A program made the translations under genes and the position numbers. A stretch of 61,593 nucleotides of DNA, the filler included, from Platydemus manokwari (taxonomy: Eukaryota), in assembly GCA_037951405.1 (NCBI GenBank). It is 5 parts of 5 records of this genome, joined end to end, with 100 filler letters (N's around TTAATTAATTAA, not from the genome) between each part and the next. Parts side by side here need not be neighbours in the genome. Positions count along the whole stretch, not along the records: positions 51,058 to 61,593 come from JBBMOY011126330.1; 4 more parts are not named here. One strand, 5' to 3'. Numbering within the stretch: position 1 is the first letter of the stretch; every line of letters starts with the position of its first letter. Under the pieces are notes generated by a model. The model was given only the letters and a program-made list of their open reading frames with translations, made no database searches and was not told where the DNA came from. Shown here one piece after another: positions 58,616 to 61,593 of the stretch.

Positions 58616-61593
58616 CTTAATGGAGAAATTTAAATTTAATTGATATATTGAATACATTAATTACAACACGTGGAAAAAAATAATTTTCATAATTACTAAT
58701 ATTAATGAGTATTTCATTGTTCTAAGATCTAAAATATATTCAAAATAAAAATTTCACAGCAAGCTTTGATTTGAAGATAATTCAGAAAGTTTGTAAAGAT
58801 CGTACACATCATTGATTGTACCAACTAGCACTTCAGTTAGTAATAATTTAGTAAGACGTTAAGATTCTAATGATTATGATTGGTATGTGCAAAAACTCTT
58901 TGCTAAATGAAAAATCCTTACTCTTACAAATATTTTCAATTAGTCTGAATAATTTTTATATCAAAAATCAAATTTGAGCGAACAACGAAAATGGTTAAAT
59001 ATAAAACTGTCAAAATTTATATTTTCATTTTTAATTTAATGAGTTTTTGTGGAAAACTGTTTTCAATCCGAAAGGTAAATCCAAATAAAAATGTATCGTA
59101 ATCTATTGTTTAATCCTATAATTTTCGTTCAATTTATTAAAGTTTAATGTTAAGATTCTTAATTTATCTAATATCAATGTCAGCTATGGTTATCATAAAT
59201 AATTTTAAAGATATTTCTCAGATTCTTGGAACAGCAATGAAAATTAAAGGAGACTATTATAAACCGATTCATAGTGATTATTGTCATAAGTTTCTCCAAT
59301 TGACTTTCAGAGCAAATAAAATAAATACATTTATTAGACTTTAATATTAAATAAAATAATTTGATTTCTAGTGTGTACTAAATTTTTAAAATTATACAAA
59401 ATTATTTAAACCATAAATGCATAACAAAATATACATTTATAAATTTTAATTGATATTAATCAATAGATTTTTCGCAACTATAATTTTCATAAATTATTAT
59501 TAATATATAATCACATGATTAACAAAACGTATACTTAGAAATATAATTTTCCAATCAAATACTCAAGTAACCATTGAGTATTCAAAACACAAGTAAATTT
59601 AAATATTTAATTCATTCGATAATCACAAATTAATAATATATTATGGTTAGATATATTATTAATTAGATATTTGAAAATATTTTAGGAACCAATAAATATA
59701 ATTGATAATTGGACGAAATTCGAATTGTTTTAGAAATTGGAATCAAAGTCATCCAAATTTAAAAACAGACACGAAAATAAGAGCATAAATGAAAAGTATG
59801 AATAAACAAAATGAATTTTAAACATTCATATAAATTATATGAAATTGTCTTACGTATATACTCTAGTAATTCGACTCAAATACTAGAATTTACTTAGATT
59901 ACACTTATTTTCTAAAACTTCTTTAGAAAACAAATCCCAAATAATTAAAAATTGACTGGGATCAAAATAAATAAGATTTCATGATATAAAGATTTATCGA
60001 ATAAAACCTATGCAAAACTAAAAGTAAGACAGTAATAACTTTTTAATTAATCAGATAAACATAAATAATGTGAAATAAGTGCAATCTTTGGAGTTTTCCA
60101 ATAATAACCCCTGGAGTTAAAATCGAATAGTCCTTTGATCGATGAATATTGAGATAATAAGCGACCTCGGGATATTTTTGATAAAAAAATAAATCAACAT
60201 CATAAGACACGTATTGATTTATTAATTATTAATCATAACGACTTTAGAAATTGAGTTATCTAAGAAAAACTGGGAAAATGGGCTAATAATATGACAGCAA
60301 GATACAAAAAATATTTCTATTCATTTCATATTTGAATACCAAATGATTTTTATTTATATCATTGGAATTATAATTTGACAGTAGCAAAATCTTTAAAAAA
60401 TTTATAAAAAGGAATTTTAAATTATAAATATTTCTAAAATCGATACCAATAAATAAAAATTTTAAAAGGGTCAAAATGAATTCATTTACACTCTGTCGAC
60501 TTATCAAATTATTTACACAATGGCAAAATAAACAAAATATTACAAATGATCAATTTTTCAATTACTATTTAAAAATTCTACAAATTAAATGATAAACATT
60601 TCGAAATTTTAATTAACGCAGTTTTTCGATAATAGTAATGATAAACTATTATTCTAATAAAAATACAATGGAAGGTTATGGGATTATTATAAAATAATTA
60701 CGAGTAACAAATATTTATAATATTGTATAAATTTTATAGTTGTATTTTTGAATTATTACGTTTTTCAATTACATCAACACAAAATGTTTAAATTCTTAAT
60801 GATAAAAGCTTGATAAGTATTTTTAAATGATCACGATTTGTCAAAGTCCTTCTTCTAATAATCATGATTTAATTATCTAATTCAAATAGATTTATAAATT
60901 TAATTATTCCAAATTAGAAATTAATGAACTAATAATAAAATAGTAACAATAAATTATTGTTTAATTCTACTCATTTGTGTAGCAAAAAGATTTGGCATTT
61001 CCGTAGTCAATGAAATTGAATAGTCTCATTATTTTAACAATTGATTTCAATTGGAAATTAAAGTTCATTCAAAAATAAAAATTAAGACTATCATGGTTGA
61101 TGGAATAAAATTAATAAGTCATAATTATTTTTTACAAATTAAAATTCCCTGATGTTATTTTAGTTATGTTCCTAACAAATCAAAAATGAATAAATTTAAA
61201 TAAAATACCACGTGAAATTTCATTTACTTGAAGTTGACATTACTGTATTCAAATTTTAGTATTCTTTAACTTAAAAATATTTCATTTATCTACTTTTTCT
61301 TATCCTTTACACAATATAGACAATTCGAAACTAACCTGTATTTAATAGTGTGAAGGATATATTGATAAAGAATCAAATTACAATTGTAATAGGTTGCCAA
61401 ACTCAAGTGAAAGGAGATAGTGAATATGAAGGTCAAGGTCTTATCTGATACTGATGAAAAGAAAGGTTACTAAACAAGTATATTTGTTTATATTTACATT
61501 TTCAATTTATTAATTATAAACTAAGGACAAATGTGAAAAAACAAATTATAGTGAAAATTTTGGTGATTCGATTAAGATTTCACATATTTCTAT

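Overview
AT-rich (roughly 70% AT by eye) animal genomic DNA with many short GT-AG introns (43-60 nt). This suggests a flatworm, possibly a freshwater planarian, but the taxon is inference only. The window consists of five contigs joined by an artificial 100-nt spacer (44N-TTAATTAATTAA-44N), so adjacency across spacers is not evidence of linkage. Manual splicing recovers these genes: a partial gamma-glutamyltransferase (+) interleaved with antisense FN3 exons of a LAR-type receptor phosphatase (-, with a probable GC-AG intron); a complete C1orf53/DUF5522 homolog (-) missed by the ORF track; complete MRPS18B (-), whose stop codon overlaps the ATG of a hydrophobic ORF; the 3' part of CCDC40 (+); the central part of DYNC2H1 (+); and a RING + TRAF/SINA-type zinc-finger protein with a long disordered tail (-). 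Repeats include Tc1/mariner, hAT and piggyBac MITEs, LTR fragments, a decayed RT + CCHC + restriction-like-endonuclease non-LTR retrotransposon, and an unclassified repeat family that ends in the same AATAAA/oligo-T terminus as that LINE. I cannot demonstrate a new biological system from the sequence alone. The best leads are the shared T-tailed 3' end, the MRPS18B stop/start overlap (possible bicistron/operon) and the interleaved GGT/LAR genes.
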